Shown one piece after another: positions 63,341 to 64,000 of a stretch of DNA of 64,000 nt. This stretch comes from Candidatus Bathyarchaeia archaeon. GTDB lineage: Archaea > Thermoproteota > Bathyarchaeia > 40CM-2-53-6. Under the pieces are notes generated by a model. The model had not been told where the DNA came from. It saw nothing but the letters and a program-made list of their open reading frames with translations, and ran no database searches. The translations under genes and the position numbers were made by a program. How positions within the stretch are numbered: position 1 is the first letter of the stretch; every line of letters begins with the position of its first letter. The DNA lies in NCBI GenBank assembly GCA_050012795.1, contig JBEKGM010000006.1, positions 27,626 through 91,625 of the forward strand, given 5' to 3'.

Positions 63341-64000
63341 ATGACCCTGATTTTGACCGAACTATCCGAACATGGAGTCGCTATGGCCGCTGATACCGCG
63401 GCGACGAAAAAGGCCGTTTCTGAAGGAGGAAAAACTGAATTCCAAGTGTCCCACGATGTAATCAAACTCCATCCGATTAAGGAGTTGTCCGCGGGGATTT
63501 CGTTCTACGGAATGGGCTTGATAGGAAGAACACGTACTGATGTATGGGTAGCTGATTTCATACGGAGAACCGCAAGCAAGCATACCTCTATGAAATCGTT
63601 CGGCATCGCCCTCGCTAACGAACTGAACAGCATAATTCCGCCCGTCAAGGTCCGAGTCATCTTAGGTTTCCACATTGCAGGCTTCGAACAGACGGAGAAG
63701 GGTAGTTTTCCTAGCGCTTACCAGATTATCAACGGAACATCGCCAGATGGAGCTTTCAGCTGCACTCAAAGACAGCCTCCTATGGAGTACAAGCAAGGTG
63801 CCCGTTTGCCACTTAGAGGTGGCGATGCTGCTGTTTACACGAAAGTGTTCGAACTCCTTGAGAGATATCTTTGGATGATGAGAACTGCTGGACCAGTACC
63901 GCTTACTGTGCCTTATCCAGATAATTTGAGGATGCGATGTGAGTACCTAAGATTTGAAATCGTAACCGTTTCAAACATCTATATCTTGAGCAATCAAGTG
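63341..64000 (+). CDS. HslV/proteasome-beta-like Ntn-hydrolase fold protein (partial; continues beyond the window end)
   Basis: Absent from the ORF track because it is open-ended. Manual translation from ATG 63341 gives MTLILTELSEHGVAMAADTAATKKAV...VIKLHPIKELSAGISFYGMG... with no stop up to 64000. The Met-Thr start would expose Thr1 after Met removal, Asp17 sits in GVAMAADTAAT, and a Lys lies in VIKL. Confidence 0.45.
   Translation, partial: MTLILTELSEHGVAMAADTAATKKAVSEGGKTEFQVSHDVIKLHPIKELSAGISFYGMGLIGRTRTDVWVADFIRRTASKHTSMKSFGIALANELNSIIPPVKVRVILGFHIAGFEQTEKGSFPSAYQIINGTSPDGAFSCTQRQPPMEYKQGARLPLRGGDAAVYTKVFELLERYLWMMRTAGPVPLTVPYPDNLRMRCEYLRFEIVTVSNIYILSNQV

Noticed and set aside
1-64000. 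Search for CRISPR arrays, rRNA genes and long tandem repeats.
   Set aside because: Reading through all intergenic regions showed no regularly spaced direct repeats and no rRNA-like conserved stretches. The only repeated DNA is the SBP paralogue set and the two IS remnants.
60258-64000. Idea that the region downstream of tRNA-Ala is an integrated element bounded by a duplicated tRNA 3' end (att site).
   Set aside because: I could not find a second copy of the tRNA 3' segment (TTCAAATCCCGCCCGG) by eye within the window, and no integrase gene is present. This is left as a check rather than a claim.

Overview
This window looks archaeal, probably from the TACK/Thermoproteota-like group. It holds about 58 protein genes, two divergently oriented tRNA genes interrupted by introns, and no rRNA or CRISPR array. 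The archaeal call rests on several observations. The tRNAs carry several non-canonical introns. TATA-like boxes sit 23-40 nt upstream of start codons. The solute-binding proteins are anchored by an N-terminal TM helix plus a Ser/Thr-rich linker. MtmB/MttB-family methyltransferases are present.

Layout:
- 1-21.9 kb: housekeeping and accessory genes. These include an LLM oxidoreductase fragment, a CBS protein, pckA translationally coupled to an aminotransferase, Lrp, adenine deaminase, an APC permease, a MarR-EamA pair, USP and a heterodimeric ABC exporter. A small module at 5.2-8.5 kb combines a Rieske oxygenase, a pyrrolysine-free MtmB homologue and a corrinoid protein.
- 21.9-57.1 kb: one very large carbohydrate/cyclitol-type catabolic island. 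It has one Opp/Dpp-type ABC importer and three paralogous family-5 binding proteins. It also has 4 Gfo/Idh/MocA dehydrogenases, 4 xylose-isomerase-like TIM barrels, 2 Zn-ADHs, an SDR and a creatininase-family hydrolase. Two URO-D-like proteins, PFK, a class I aldolase-like protein and a PfkB kinase are present, as are two aminotransferases and an FAD oxidoreductase. A pyrrolysine-free MttB-family methyltransferase and a second corrinoid protein are embedded in it, and that corrinoid gene is the last gene of the ABC transporter operon.
- 57.2-64 kb: secreted or anchored hypothetical proteins, the two tRNAs, and a small accessory patch. The patch has two decayed IS6-like transposase remnants flanking an AbiV/HEPN-like ORF and a small ORF, followed by a partial HslV/proteasome-beta-like Ntn-hydrolase ORF.

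The most interesting signal is the physical and apparently transcriptional coupling of corrinoid-dependent methyltransferase components (non-Pyl MtmB and MttB homologues) to sugar/cyclitol-type uptake and oxidation genes. All functional calls come from reading the translated ORFs and remembered family motifs. No database search was run.
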